DNA of 64,000 nt from the human T2T-CHM13v2.0 reference genome, Homo sapiens (GCF_009914755.1 NC_060936.1), one strand, 5' to 3'; positions 26,928 through 44,660 are shown, numbered from the stretch's first letter. The notes: generated by a model not told the origin, from the letters alone. Translations and numbers: made by a program.

Positions 26928-27053
26928 AGGTTGAGTATCCCTTATCTGAAAACCCAAAATCTGAAAGGCTTCAATGAGCATGTCAGCACTCAAAAAGTTT
27001 TGGATTTTAGAGCATTTCAGATTTCAGATCTTTGGACTGGGGATGCTCAACTA
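26928..27053. mobile_element. Tigger4/MER46-like MITE
   Basis: caggttgagtatccc...gggatgctcaact terminal inverted repeats. Confidence 0.75.
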
Positions 27054-27327
27054 GTATTTTCTAAAGTTTCTGCAATGAATGTGTATTTATTTAATTGTTT
27101 AATGGTGCCATTAGTATGATGAAAAATTTATTTTTGTAATCTTATTTAATGGTATTTTAATAGGAAACAAAAACTATACGCAACAATATATCAGTATTTT
27201 CCTTATGTAACTCTGTATAAGAAAGTTGTTTTATCTCCACTTTACATGTTATTAATTTCCTGTAGTAATATTCTACTGCTGTACTTCTTTAAACTTATTA
27301 ATCACCTGTATTTCTATTCATATAAAG

Positions 27328-27502
27328 GCAGACAAGCCTTTTGTTGTTATTTTCTGGGAGAGGTGATTACAAGATATTGAAGATAACGACCCCTATGCAA
27401 ATATTCAACGGACTAAGCTTAATTTGTACTACTGTAATGTGATATCAATTATGATTTTGTTTGCCGTGTGGAAGAACAGGCAGTATGCTAAAGCTACAGA
27501 AG
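27328..27502 (+). pseudogene. Fossil exon of candidate pseudogene (phase 0-1)
   Basis: tataaag|GCA...GAAG|gtacct; ADKPFVVIFWER*LQDIEDNDPYANIQRTKL..., one stop in 58 codons. Confidence 0.55.
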
Positions 27503-27926
27503 GTACCTCTTCATAGTTCATCCTCTCCTAATGTTGCATTGATTGGAACAGAGACCACAAGAGAACAAGGGTAGATCAGCATGAAATGTCCTTCTGCTGG
27601 TCAATCAGGAACACTATGCTTGTATGTGAAGTGCAGGAGCAGTTAGATCAAGGAATGTTAACATTTAATTAAAGAGCAATTAAGTGTTAATTTAATTTCT
27701 AAGTTCAAGGAATTTAAAGCCAGTGTGGTTAAAAGTAATGAAATATAAAGTCCACTGGTTCTGTGTATGCTCTTCTATTCTCATCCTCATATACATCTCT
27801 TCCCTTTGGAGTTCATTCACTCGCTGCTGACCTCCCTCCCAGACACTTTTACTCTGTCCAGTGGAATGTTCTCTTGCTTGCAAAGAAACTCCACATCATT
27901 CTCAAGCTATTTAAAGACTTTTTTTT

Positions 27927-28255
27927 GGCCGAGCACAGTGACTCTCACCTGTAATCCCAGCACTTTGGGAGGCCGAGGCAGGCAGATCACTTGAGGTCAG
28001 GAGTTCGAGACCAGCCTGGCCAACGTGGCTAAACTACATCTCTAGTAAAAATACAAAAATTGGCCAGGTCATGGTGGTGCCTGCCTGTAATCCCAGCTAC
28101 TTGGGAGAATGAGGCAGGAGAATCACTTGAACCTGAGAGGAAGAGGTTGCAGTAAGCAGAGATGGCGCCACTGCACTACTTGGAGATAGAGTCGGACTAC
28201 GTCTCAAAAACAAAACAACACAAAACACACTCACACACACACACACACACACAAA
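27927..28255 (+). mobile_element. AluS with (CA)n tail
   Basis: Alu consensus match. Confidence 0.9.
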
Positions 28256-28554
28256 ACAGCATTGACAATTTCTGTTGTCTTAACAAAACCCGGCTTTCAT
28301 CCAAGGATACTGCTTGGCTTCCTTTACCACTCTGCCCAGCAAAGGGTGCTCATTCTTCCATGAGCCCAACACCTCTAGGTCTGGGAGGAGTGGGCCATAT
28401 CCTCCTAGCTCCACACTGTTGCTCCTACACCACTGATCTCACAGTGCCGGCCTCATGGGCATGTGTCCAGTGCAGTTACACAGGGCCTCGTGCACAGATG
28501 CCCCATGCTTGGGGTTTCATACTTTGCAGTTGCCGTCTTGAAACTCTTAACAAT

Positions 28555-28915
28555 TATAGGCTGATTCATGTCTCCTCCAAAATTCTTATAAGGTTGTAAC
28601 CCTCAGTACCTCAGAATACAGTGACTTAACTTGAAGACTGGGCCTTTAAAGAGGCAATTAAGGTTAAATAAGGTCATTGGGGTGGGCCCTAATCCAATAG
28701 GATTGATAGCCTTATAAGAAAAGGTTAAGACACAGACAGACACAGGTAAGACCATGTAAAGACAGATGGAGATGGCCATTTACAAACCAAAGATAGAGGC
28801 CTCAGGAGAAACAAAACCTTGATCTCGGACATCTAGCCTCCAGAAATAGATTTCTGCTGTTTAAGCCACCCAGCCTGTGGTACTTTGTTATGATGGCCCT
28901 AGAAAATGAATACAA
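28555..28915 (+). mobile_element. MLT1B-like solo LTR
   Basis: cctcagtacctcagaat...gggccctaatccaat...ttaagccacccagcctgtggtactttgtta. Confidence 0.8.
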
Positions 28916-29549
28916 CAATTTTACCTTTTATTTTGTGTTTTATCAGTGAGGTCTGATGGGATGCTGGGGCATGCACCAGGGGCTCGAAGCCTTGGCTCAT
29001 GTGGGCTCCTGCCCCTTGCTGCCTCCCCACCTCTCCAGGTCAGGTTCTTGGCCTCCTGTTCCCTGCCCCCTGGGTCCTGTCCAGCCTGCCTCTTTCTGTC
29101 AGATCCTCAGGCAGTGACCAGGTCGTGTCAGTGGAACAAGCCCACCTGTGTTCTGCCATTGCCCTCTGCTCCTGTTGGGAGACTGGATGCAGGTGCAGGT
29201 GGGGCAGAGGTTAAGTGAGCATCCTTGGTGGCATCTTTGGGTGGAGCATGGCAGCACCATCTTCCCTCCAGGATGGCAGTGCCACACTGTGTTTGTGGGC
29301 ATCTTGTCAGGGCTAAGTGTAGTGAATGCTTGTAACTTTATGTTGCCTCAGCATCCATTGTTAAATACAAGTTTAACTTTTTCATTCCAGAAATAAGGCT
29401 CAGTCATGCTTGACACAGTTTCCAATACTATTTCTCACTCAAATGGCTCCAGCTGGTAGCCAGAGATAAAAACTGGAAGAATCTCTCACCCAGCAAGCTG
29501 GGCTCCCAGCCTTCACACTGCTTTCTTTAAACGAAACATTCATTCTGTT

Positions 29550-30030
29550 TTTTACTGGTACATAATATTATACATTTTATGGAATACATGTAATATTTTA
29601 ATACAGGTATACAATGTGTGATGATTCATTGTATACATGTATTTCAAATATTCACACATTGTATACATGTATTTCAAATATTCTCTATTGAATATTTCAA
29701 ATATTCCACATTCTCTATTTTCTCGCTATTTTGAAATATACAATATACCATTGTTACCCTACTGTGGTATTGAACGCCAGAACTCATTCCTTCCATCTAA
29801 CTGTATGTTTGTACCCATTAACCAATCTTTCTTTATTTCTCTACCCTGTTCCCCACATGCACCCCCTTCCCAGCTTCTGGGAACCATCATTCTACTCTCT
29901 ACCTCCATGAGATCAACTATTTTAGCTCCCACATATAAGTGAGAACATGCAATATTTGTCATTCTGTGCCTGGCTTATTTCACTTAACATAATGATTTCC
30001 AGTTCTATTCATGTTCCTGCAAATGACAGA
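29550..30030 (-). mobile_element. L1MA-type 3' end fragment
   Basis: accatcattctactctctacctccatgagatcaact...gagaacatgcaatatttgtc. Confidence 0.85.
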
Positions 30031-32633
30031 CCATTCAGACATTGGCCCTCGAACTCAAAGTGACCACCTTTCAGTCACAGCGTGACCTCCTGGAACTAGT
30101 ACCTGCTTGCTTTAAACCCACCAATTAAAACTCCCTGCAGGAAATCTGTTTGGATAATGCCCTGTACCCAGTAAAGGCGTTGGCCCCTGGGTCCCTTCTC
30201 TCTCTGCCTGAGCTTGCTGACCGTGTCGTGTGTGTGTGTGTGTCTGTGTGTGTCCTCCAGGCATGGTGTGTAACCCCCCCAGGGTCTGTATGCACTAAAA
30301 ACTCTTAACCTTTCACATGATGGTTGTGTCATTGAAGCTTGCATGCAACCCCTAATGGTGAGCCCAAGGAGATGCATGCAAGTGGATCCCCTACTGATGT
30401 GCTACTGTCTGGTCTGCTGATGGCTGCTAGAAACAGTAGCTACCAGCCAAGTTGCTAGAAAAACTCAAAACACTTCATTCAAAACAGACAGACTCTTGCC
30501 AATACTGATCCAGGTCCCAAGGGCATCCTGATGTGGAGGTTGCCACTCCTTGATTCTTCCCCTTCTGCTGTGGGTGGGGGCGGTGGCCTGTGGGAATGAG
30601 GAGGTGGATCTCCCTGTCTCCAGCTGGGGTGCAGCACTTCAGGGGAGGTAGAACTCAGAAGCCAGTGGGCCATGCACTGAGTCAGGGGACAGAGCCCCCA
30701 CTGGGTGTCTCTGCACTCCCTCTGCAAATATCCCCATGTCTGAGGGAACAAGAAATGAAATATCAAATAAAAACACCATGACAGGTCAAGAGAGAGAAAG
30801 ACTGCAGAAGGAAACGGTTTCATATTTCAGTACCTTTCATGGCACTATATTTAGGCCCCCCATTTTTGTTTTGCACAGCGCCCATCAAATTACATAGGCA
30901 GTCCTGCCCAGCCCCATACAAAACAGTCAACACTTTCAGGGCTCATACAATTTGGTGATTTCACCCTCTGCATCTCTGCTCAGTACCCTTGCTTCTGGAC
31001 ATACAATCTACTCTCTTAGCTAGTATCTTTATCCCCACTCCCAGCTACCATAGTTTACTCATCCATTATCAACATGCCAGCGCATGTACAAAACTAGTTC
31101 TCTAAAAACAAAACAAAGCAAAACAAGCAAGCAAACAAGCAAACAAACTAGCTTTCTGTTTTACTGACCTTGAAACCCACTCTGGAAGAACAATTCCCTC
31201 TTGTAGGCCACCCTTATCCTTTTCATCACCCAATAGCTCCACCTCTCAGCACTGGAAGGAAATGTGAAGGTTTTGGGCAAGTCAACCAGCTGTGTGATAC
31301 CACACAAGTTAGCTGCTGTATTGGAGCTTCAATTTCTTCATCTGTAAAGTAAGGAGAATAATATTAACTTTATAGGTTTTCTGTAAGGATTAAATAAAAT
31401 TCTATGGATGATGTGCTTAGCATGGTGCCAGGCACATAAGACATTCTCAAGAGATGGCTAGCGCTTTCCTCTTCAATCACAAACTCCTGTCTCTGGGCTC
31501 TCAGTCTCTTGCCCCCATCAGAACTGACCTCCAACACCAAGACCGTCGGCCCCTCCATGTCTCCATTTTCTGTTACTTTATCATTACACCATCCTCACCT
31601 CCACCCTCAGGCTTTATGTCCCTAATTTTTATTTATTTATTTATTTTTAAAATTTTTTTTATTTTAGCAGCATCCTATTTCTTTTCTGCCTTATCTGATC
31701 TGCAAAATGCTGGCCCTGGGATCTGCGTTTTCTGTTTCTGTTTCTGTGCCTGGGTGCTGTTAAAGTCACCGCAGCACCCAGCAGACACATGCCACTACAT
31801 ATTCATGGGTTCCCCTTGGGTTAGTTTCTTTCTGCTGCTTAGGGGTCTTTTTGCTTGTCCCAGGCCATCCATCACCCCTTACTCCACAACAGTTGTTAGA
31901 AGGCTTCTCTTCAAGCCTCCTTGCCTTTTCTATCCCTCTGGCTCTCAGGCACTGCCTCTGCTTTCAACTGCAGAGAAAAAAAATAGCAGGTATTGGGCTT
32001 AACTCTTCATTCCTGCTTTTGCTTATGGACAGATCCACAGAACATGCATTCCTCGCTCCCGCCTCCCGTCCTTATCTTCTTGCCTAATCCAAATGTTTTC
32101 TTCTATGCTCTTGATCCCTTTTCTGTCCTTTATTCAATCAATCATCTTTCCTACTTTATCTTCAGCCACTTATTTTTCATGTCTGCTTCTCCTGAACACA
32201 TAAACATAGCTTTTTCAATATTTAGGAGGAAAACCCCTTCTTTCATCATATATCTTCATGTAACTTCCGCTTCTTCTTAGCCAGGCTCTTTGATAAAGCA
32301 AGCTCTGGCTTGCTCCTTCTTTCACTTCCTGTTTGTTCCTCAGCTCCTACATAAAGGGTTTGCCCTCCACTCCATTACCATTTCTCTCTCTCGGAAAATC
32401 CATGGCATCCTGGCTGCCAATCATAATGATCAAAATTTAGGCTTCACCTCACCTGATTTCTCTGCGGCATCTGATATTGTTGAGTACTTTCTGGAAGGTC
32501 TCTCTCTCTCTCCCTCCCATTCCAGGAGATGGCTCTCCCTTGATTCTATTTCTACCGCTTTGTTCCTTCCCCCTCTACCTTCTTCATTTCTTCCTCCTCT
32601 GTTTCCTCAGAGGCTGCCATTCTCTGGGCTTCT

Positions 32634-32675
32634 ATTAGGTTGGTGCAGAAGTAATTGTGATTTTTGTCATTAAGG
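32634..32675. mobile_element. Half MADE1 / Hsmar1 terminal inverted repeat
   Basis: ttaggttggtgcagaagtaattgtgatttttgtcatta. Confidence 0.8.
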
Positions 32676-34260
32676 TAATGGGTTTTACCTCGCCGCTGCT
32701 GTGAACAGAGGTGTTATTTAAAGGTAACTGCCACTCCAGCCCTGCTGGGTATTCGTAAGATCTCAACCACATGTGCTACGTCCCGTCAGCTGGGAGTATT
32801 TGCTGTAGAGATGTTTGGGCCCACTGGCTCTTCTTTCTATCCATAATCACAACATTTTAAACTGTTGCTTATTCTCTAGTTCCTCTTGTGTCTAAGCCAC
32901 TTCCCAGTTCTGTCTTTGCTCCCTGACTTAAAAAATCTTCTAGTCTGTCTGACATGGTCTTTCAGAGGGCTGCAAACAGTTAAAGAAGCCCATTTTTATA
33001 CAATCTCTTGTATCTACGGGAGGCCTGGTTCATCCTAGCATTCTGACTGTGGTTTGAGCAGTATTTGTTACCTCCATTAATATCCAAGAACAGTGTTTGG
33101 GGGACATTATCCCCAAAGACCAGATTAAAGACCAGACCCTGTCGCGTGTCATGGCTTGGTCCTTGCCTACTTTTCTAACCCTATCCATTCTCCTGGAAGT
33201 GCTCATTCCTCACCAAATAAAACCACTGGCAGTTTCCAGGAGGCACCAAGCTGCTCAAGCTCTTTGTGTGAATGGCCTTTCTCACTTCTACCCTCCTCTG
33301 TCCAGCCACCCTACCTCCCTCTCCTCCAGCCCTTGCCAAGTTAACTACTTCCACTCTCTGACTCGTAGCTCTGATCAATCTTTTCTACAAATGCTTGCTT
33401 CTCAACTACCATCCGAAACTTCACTTTCAATCATGTCTTTGTCTCCAGAGCCCAGCCAGGCAGCATCTGTTGATTGGCTAAATAAGTGAACAAAGCTGGA
33501 GGAATGCTTCATTAGAATTCCACTAGGGGTCACTTTCTCTACATTCCAGGAAGAAATAGTGCAGGCACTTAGCAAATCAACTTTCTGAAAAATTCAGCTT
33601 TGTTTAATTTTTAAAGTAATTTGTTGTTTATTTGATGGAAACTGAAATTCTCCATGTTGTACAAGCCTCGAAGCACCGTATGATTGCAAGGTCTTTCTGG
33701 TTTTACGGATAATATCAATATTCATGTTTGTGTAAAAAACTGAAATTGAACATGGCATTTAATTTTGCATATTAATAATTCAGATCACTGAATTTATATG
33801 AAAGGTGCTTTCCTATTTTTAGCTTAATAGCTTTAGATAAGGTTAATATTTAATTAGTTCATTTCAAACATGTTTCTAAATTATCCCAAATATCTGTTCT
33901 AAACCTTTATTTCTTTTCTACTTATTTTCATTTAATTTCAGTTGCAAAATTAATGATGTATTCTTACTGATCATCTTGATCTGCCTTATATCACAGAGAT
34001 TTTAATAAGGGGAGCTGAAGAGAGGGAAAGTGATTTTACTAGTAATTAATAACCACTAAAATGCAATACAAAGACATTTAGCACAGACAAAATGTTCTAA
34101 TATTTCAGTTACTTCCTTAAATGCAAGATTCTTGAGGGGCCTCCAAAGCAGCCAAGGTATTAAGTTTCTGTTTTTAAGGAAAAATATTGTTCTTAGCAAC
34201 ATTAAACATAGCATAGTAAATAGTTAAACACTAAGCTATATTTCCTGTCAAACTTTTAAG

Positions 34261-37205
<2,945 letters not shown>

Positions 37206-37959
37206 CTGCCAGCCCTAATCTGGTCTCTCTTTGGTCTCTGCTGAAAAGACTCTACACCTGGACCCACCAAAGACAGTTCTTCCTTGTCCCCATTTTGCTG
37301 CCTTTCTGCCAGTGTCCAAATTCACCTGTACTTGATTTTTCTAACATTCCTCCATGCTACTGAGCCTTTCTTTGTGCCACACTGACCAGGGAGGTTCACC
37401 TCCTGCCCAGAAAATGGGCATTTTCTCAGATAACTTTTTACATTTTTAGATCATGTCAAAAGCCTATAATGTTCTGGGCAAAAAGGAAGGTGGTTTACTA
37501 ACAATTATAGGTTCAGCCTACTATACAGACATAATAGGTCCCTGTTTAACGGGAGAAGAAACTGAGGCTTTCAGAGGTTGGCTGCCTTGCCCAGTTCACG
37601 CCACTGGTAAATAGTAGACAAGTAATGACAAAATAAAATCATTAACTCATTCCTTTAGATTTGTTTTAAATTTAAATTTGTTTAAAATCAATATTTTTTG
37701 GTATACTTTTATAAATGTTTTCTTGTGAAATAAACATACATACAGAAGATGCAAGAAGCTTGAAGGTACAGCTTAAATTATCACACACAAAAAACCACCC
37801 ATGTAACTACCATTCAGACCCCAAAATAGCATGTTGTTAACATTTCAGAAGTCTCACAAGTCCCTTTCTAATCAAAATCTCCAGATTCACCCCAAAGGAA
37901 AACATTACATGACTCTTATTATAACCAATTTCTTTTTTCAAAAAAACCTCAATTTTTAG

Positions 37960-40580
37960 CAGCTTTATTGAGATACAATTCACACACTGGACAATTCACT
38001 AAAGTTTACAATTCAATGCTTTCTAGTATACTCACAGAGTTGTACAACCACCACTATAATCCATTTTTGTTTTTGTTTTTGTTTGTTTATTTTGAGATAG
38101 AGTCTTACTCTGTCACCCATGCTGGAGTACAGTGGCACAGTATTGGCTCACTGCAGCCTCTGCATGCCGCCAAGCAATTCTCCTGCCTCAGCCTCCAGAG
38201 CAGCTGGGATTACAGGTGCCTGCCACCACACCCAGCTACTTTTTGTATTTTTAGTAGAGATAGGGTTTCACCATGTTGGCCAGGCCGGTCTCGAACTCCT
38301 GACCTCAAGTGATCAGCCTGCCTCGGCCTTCCAAAGTGTTGGGATTACAGGCGTGAGCCACTGCGCCTAGCCATCAATTTTTATTTTTATTTTATTTGTA
38401 TTACCCCATACCCACTCCTCAGCCCTAGCCAACTACTAACCTACTACCTGTCTCTAGAGATTTGCCTATTCTGGATGTTTCAAATAAATGTTTAATACAA
38501 TATGTGGTCTTTTGTGACTGTCTTCTTTCACATAATATGTTTTCAAAGTTCATCCATGTTGTAGCATGTATCAATACTTCATTCCTTTTTATTGCTGAAT
38601 AATATTCCATTGTATGGATATAACACTTTATCTACTTATCAGTTGATGGGTATTTGGGGTGTTTGCAGGGACTTCAACATTGCATAGCTTGTTTGTGAAA
38701 GATTTTGGCTATTATGAATAATACTGCTATGAACATTCATGTACAGGTTTTTGTATGGATATGTTTTCAGTTATCTTGGGTATATAACTCAGAGTGGGAT
38801 TGCTGAGTCATACGGTAACCCTAAATTTAACATTTTGAGAAATTGCTTAACTATTTTCAAAGCAGTTGCACCCTTTTGCAACCCCATCAGCAACGTATAA
38901 GGGTTCCAATTTCTCTACATCCTTGCCAATATTTGTTATTTTCTGTTTTTTTTTTTTTAAGTATAGTCAACTTTTGGGTGTGAAATGGTATCTTGTAGTT
39001 TTGATTTACATTTCCCTGATGAATGACATTGAACATCTTTTTATATGACTGTTGTTCATTTGTATTTCATCTTTGGAAAAATGCCTATTCAAATCCTTTG
39101 CCATTTAAAAATTGAGTTGTTTATCTTTTTATTGTTTAGTTGTAACAGTTTTTTATATATTCTGAATACTAGTCTCTTATCTGATACATAATTTACAAAA
39201 TATATTTATGAGTTGTCTTCATTTTCTTTCTTTTCTTTTTGTGCCATACCAATAACTGGTTTTAATTTTTTTAAAAAAGGAAATGCTATAATTTTTAAGA
39301 AGAGTTCCAAAAAATTTAACAGCATTTCCAGCAATGATTATTTCTGAAATAAAAAGATATGAAACATAATTTATACAAAACTAAAAACCAAAAGCATTCC
39401 TTCTTGCTTTTTCCTTTTTAAAAAAATCCAGACCATTTGTCACAAGAAAGTTTGGGAAGTTACAGCAGCTGCAGCCTCAGTCACCCTCAGAATTGCTGTC
39501 CTTCCTCCTGGGGACAGAGCACCTCACTGAGGACAGCAACATGTCTTCAATCAGTTTCTTAGGGTTTGCCTCCAGGTCTATCTTAGTTGCTCTAGATTCA
39601 GTTTCCACTCCAACTCATCTCTCGACAGGTTCATGCCGCCAAACACCAGAGGACTGATAAACTGAGCCTTGATATCTCCTTCCAGGTAAACAAATATCAT
39701 GGGCAGATTCCTAACAGGTTAATTGGGTATGCAGGTTGTTGAAATGGCTTTGATAAATTTGACACCAGGAAACTTCCTGGCAAGTCCACCGAGGTGCTGA
39801 TTTATCAGGGCACAGAGGGGAAATTCCTTGTTTTTAAAGGTGCAAGATTACCCGCAAACTCTCACCAGCTTTGGTAACTTCTTGAACATAATCCTTTCCT
39901 GAGATCTCCAAAACTTCTCCAGATTTATTCTTCAGTTTAGTTGCTTTCCACTCAGATAGTCTCTGCTGTCTGTACATTTCAATAGCATGTTCATCCTCCT
40001 CATTAAATTTGTCTTCATGATCCTCCAGCTCTTCCAAAGTCATATCTTCATACATTTTCACCACTGACTGCTGGAGGATGCGCTGTTCCTCTTCTTCCTT
40101 GTTTTCCAATTCTTTCAGACTTTCCTTGGGGGGCAAGATGCCCTTTTTGCGTAGGATGTCATTCCACTCAGTGTCTGTGTTGGGGCCCTACATCTTGTTT
40201 TCAATGAGTTGTCTTCATTTTCTTGATGTCTATTGAAGTACAAAAGTTCTAAATTTTGATTAAGTCTAATTTCTCCATTTTTCTTTTGTTATTTATATTT
40301 TTGATATATGAAAGCAACCAGTGCTTAATCTAAGAGTGACTCTGATTTTTTCTGAGTTTAATTTTTTCAGTTCTTACTTTTAGGTCTATGATCCATTTTG
40401 AGTTAATTTTTGTATATGTTTTGATATGTGTTCAACTTTGTTTTTTTGCACGTGAATATCCAATTATAGAAGTACTTTGTATATTCTGGTTATAAGGCCC
40501 ATATTGGTTTTATGTGCAGCAAATATCTGCTCTGTGGCTTGCCTTTCACTCTTTTGATGGTGACTTTTAGATAATATAAA
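37960..40580 (-). mobile_element. Old L1M element interrupted by an Alu (~38063-38371), a 37-bp templated insert and the PDCL3 retrocopy
   Basis: ttcatccatgttgtagcatgtatc...tatgaataatactgctatgaacattc...tctatgatccattttgagttaatttttgtata. Confidence 0.85.
39229..40203 (-). pseudogene. PDCL3P7: Processed pseudogene of phosducin-like 3 (PDCL3); CDS remnant 40193->39477
   Basis: Intronless [29 protein letters not shown]...[11 protein letters not shown]...DSNSEGD*; stop at codon 2 (TAG), TAA at 39834-39836, frameshifts; ATTAAA at 39266-39261 and A-rich tail; 21-bp TSD ATGAGTTGTCTTCATTTTCTT at 39208-39228 and 40204-40224. The locus number P7 is from memory. Confidence 0.93.
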
Positions 40581-40616
40581 CTGATAAAGTTGAGTGCATT
40601 AAAATTAAGAGTTTCA

Positions 40617-41144
<528 letters not shown>

Positions 41145-44100
41145 TTATTCATTTTTAAGGAGAGCTTAAATAATACTCATCTGTGCTAGGTGTTGTTGCT
41201 ACAAAGGTGGGCAAGACAGAGAATCCCTGTCTTCTCTACATTATAATAATGGGATTAGATAATCAAGAAAGCAATTTAAATGAAATGTTATGAGAACTTT
41301 GATAGGAAAACTATGTTATAGGAGCATTTATCTGTTATTACATATGAAGAGCTCAGAGTAGTACCTGGCTTGCAGTGGGCACTATAATTTTTATCATCAT
41401 TCTTATCATTAGGATAAGTGTCTCTACAGAATGAAAAACTTTTCCTCTAGAGGGATTAGGGAAGGGTCCTTAGAGAAATTTGTACCTGTAAAAGACCTGA
41501 AGGCAAGAGAGAACCTGACATATGAGATAATCCACACCAGGTCAGTAGAGCTGGAGCTTAGCATGATGTGAAAGAGGGCAGTGGCCAGAGAGAAGAGAAA
41601 CTCAGGAGTTATGCACAAGCCAGCTCAGAAAGGACTTTTTCATCATGTTTTCTGCTACGGGCCATGAGAAGCCATTGATGGGATAAATTTTTAGGATGAC
41701 TCTTACGTGCATTGTGGAGAATGGGTCAGAAAAGCACGAGAAGGGAATCGGCAAGACCTTTTAGGAGGCTGTTCGGGAAGAAGCCATGGCAGCCTAAACT
41801 GGGATAGTCCAGGAGATGGAGGGAAGTGGGCAGAACAAGCATATTTTTCAGAGGTAGAATTTGTAGAACTATAAATTCTATGAAGGAATCAAAGGGCAGG
41901 TGGGGAAGAGAGAGGCAGGAGTTGAGGTTGCCTCTAAGATTCTAGCCTGAGCAATCAGGTGGAGGAGAGTACCATTCAAGGTGCTAATGAACTCTGTTGG
42001 AGGGACTGGTGCCACAGATAGGTCATGAGGTTTCTTCATGACTCCAGCAGTTGACATGGATCATGCCTTTCTCAGGTCTCATTTAGTATGTCATTTCTAT
42101 TTCTGTCATAATACATAGTAGGGCCATGGACTATTAGAGCTGCATGGGATCTCAAAGATTAGCAACAACTTCATTTCATAGGATCTTCAAGAGTCACGAA
42201 ATTCTCCAGCCTTCTGTGGTCCCCCTAAACAAAATATCTCAGGAACATATGGTGTGTAATTGCAGGAAATACAATCATGTCCCAGCTATTTCTGAGTGTT
42301 CCAAGGAGGATGTTTCCACAGCCAGTTGTCACCTATAAACCACCAGCACTCCTGTTAGTTGCTTAACCCTCTGTCCATCACCTCCTTGCCTCTCCATGAC
42401 TTTGGGAGTACTTCCATAACTTTGGGAACTCTATCTGGGCTATTTCACTCTTCCCAAACCTACCTCTCCAAGATAAATTCTGCTGTATTTTTCCAATACT
42501 ATTTTTTTTTTCTTCCTGACATCCATCCTTTATTTTGATGACAGGCTAGAAATCCCAAAAACTTAAGTGACTTCAACGTTGCATAGCTTGTTTGTGAAAG
42601 ATTTTAGACCAGAATGTTTTTTCCTGGGACTTCTGACTTCCAGTCCAGTATATGTGCCATACAAGTCTCTCTTGTCTTCTAGCCTGGGAGCTTCTTGAGG
42701 ACATGGAATGTTCACTAGCTCATCACATAACCTGGAACATGGACTATGCCCAGTGAATGTTTGCTGGATGCGCATGCTTTATCCATATTCCTTCAACATT
42801 ATTTTAAGCCCAAGCTGTTGGGTTTTTCCCTCCAGCACCAGTGACCAACCATGACCAGCAGAGGACAGCAGAGGTGGAAAAGCACTGGCTCTGGAGGGGC
42901 TAAATGAAGTGTTGGAACCAAGTCAAAGAAGGAAACATCAAAAACAGAGACATGAAATACAAAACATAGGGTGCTAGATTTAGCAAATAAAAATACAGGA
43001 TGCTCTGGGCCACACTTATATTAAAAATTATTCATTGTTATTTGAAATTCAAATCATCTGAGTGTCTTATATTTTACCTGCAACTCTGACAAGTACTACT
43101 GCACCTGAACCTGATACTCAAGAAGTGGCAATGGTCCTTATCAGAAATATATTGGAAGGAAATTGATAGGGAAGGTGTGTGGCGAGCTTACAAAAATCAA
43201 ACGTGAGTGCTCATCACACAGGAAACTGGCTGACTAAAGTTCAGCCAATATCAAAGGCTGCCCTGGTGAAAAAGACTTTGCAGTGGACCCTGGAGTGATC
43301 AGGGTGACATATCCTTCCTTTCTTATTTCCTATATAAGATACGATCCTTCATGCAAACAATACAACAGATGAAAACAGAGGAAAGAGGCTGGGCAAAATC
43401 ATAGATTGAGTAATAATTGTTTAATTCCACACTCTGACTGTTATAACTTCAGTTATAACTTGTATCAATCTTCCTTCCTTTTTTAAAAAATAAAGCAAAA
43501 CAACAACAACAAAAAAAACAGGGTCTCACTCTGTCCCCCAGGCTGGAGTGCAGTGGTGCAACCAACTGGGTCTACAGGTGCATGCTACCGTTCCTGGCTT
43601 CTTTTTAAAATTTTTTTTTGTTGAGATAGGGTTTCCCTATGTTGCCCAGCATGGTCCTGTACTCTTAACTTCCAGTGATCCTCCCTTCTCAACCTCTCAA
43701 AGAGCTGGGAGTACAGATGTGAGCCACTGTGCCCAACCCAACTTCCTTTCCTTGATCTTGGGGTCTTTTAACTTATGTAACAATTCTATTCCATTCCAGA
43801 ATCTACCATTTCCACATAATTTTCAATAACACTTTCTCTCCCTTCAGGCTCTTGTTAGAGACCTCCTGCAATTCCACTTCTTAAATGGACTTTAATTAAT
43901 TGGAGGCCTCCATTCTTAATCCAATGGATAAACATGAACGTTGAATAATGTGAGACATAAATTTATTTCAATGCCCATTTACTGAGTACCTACTGCGTCG
44001 AAGAAAGGCTTCACCATTAAGTAACTCATAATCTAGTTAATAAATTTATTAGAAACCAAAGGGAAGATCCTATGTCTTAGAAGCACATTAATCCAGGTTG

Positions 44101-44354
44101 CCAGAAAACAACTGGTCCCTTCATAAATCATGGGAATTCCTATGAATTCCTTTGGAAGCCACCTCAGGGTGAGAAAAGTCATGAGTGTGTTGCAGTTGGT
44201 CTATGAAATTGGGAAAGTTATCACTAGGGCATTTTTTAAAATTCCTTCCTCTTTCAGAGCACGCTTGGCTGCTTCCTTTTTGGATGCAAGCTGAGCTGAC
44301 AGAGTCTAACCTCAGTCACATGCTGTGTATAGAAGCCACAGAAACACAAACAGA

Positions 44355-44627
44355 AGCCAGACATGGTGGCTTTCACCTGTAATCCCAGCACTTGGGAGGC
44401 CAAGGTGGGTGGATCACTTGAGGTCAGGAGTTTGAGACCATTCTGGGCAACATGTTGAAAAAAATACAAAAAATAAAAAATTAGTTGGTCATGGTGGTGC
44501 ACACTTGTAGTCTCAGCTAGTTGGGAGGCTGACATAGAGGATCACCTGAGCCTGGGAAGTCAAGGTTGCAGTGAGCTGTAATTATGCCACTGCACTCCAG
44601 CCTGGGCAACAGGATGAGACCTTGTCT

Positions 44628-44660
<33 letters not shown>
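44355..44660 (+). mobile_element. AluJ with long A tail
   Basis: Alu consensus match. Confidence 0.9.

Noticed and set aside
33617-33990. VICCLFDG and ILTDHLD resembling HAD-hydrolase motifs
   Set aside because: Motifs are too short and degenerate to assign a family without a profile search
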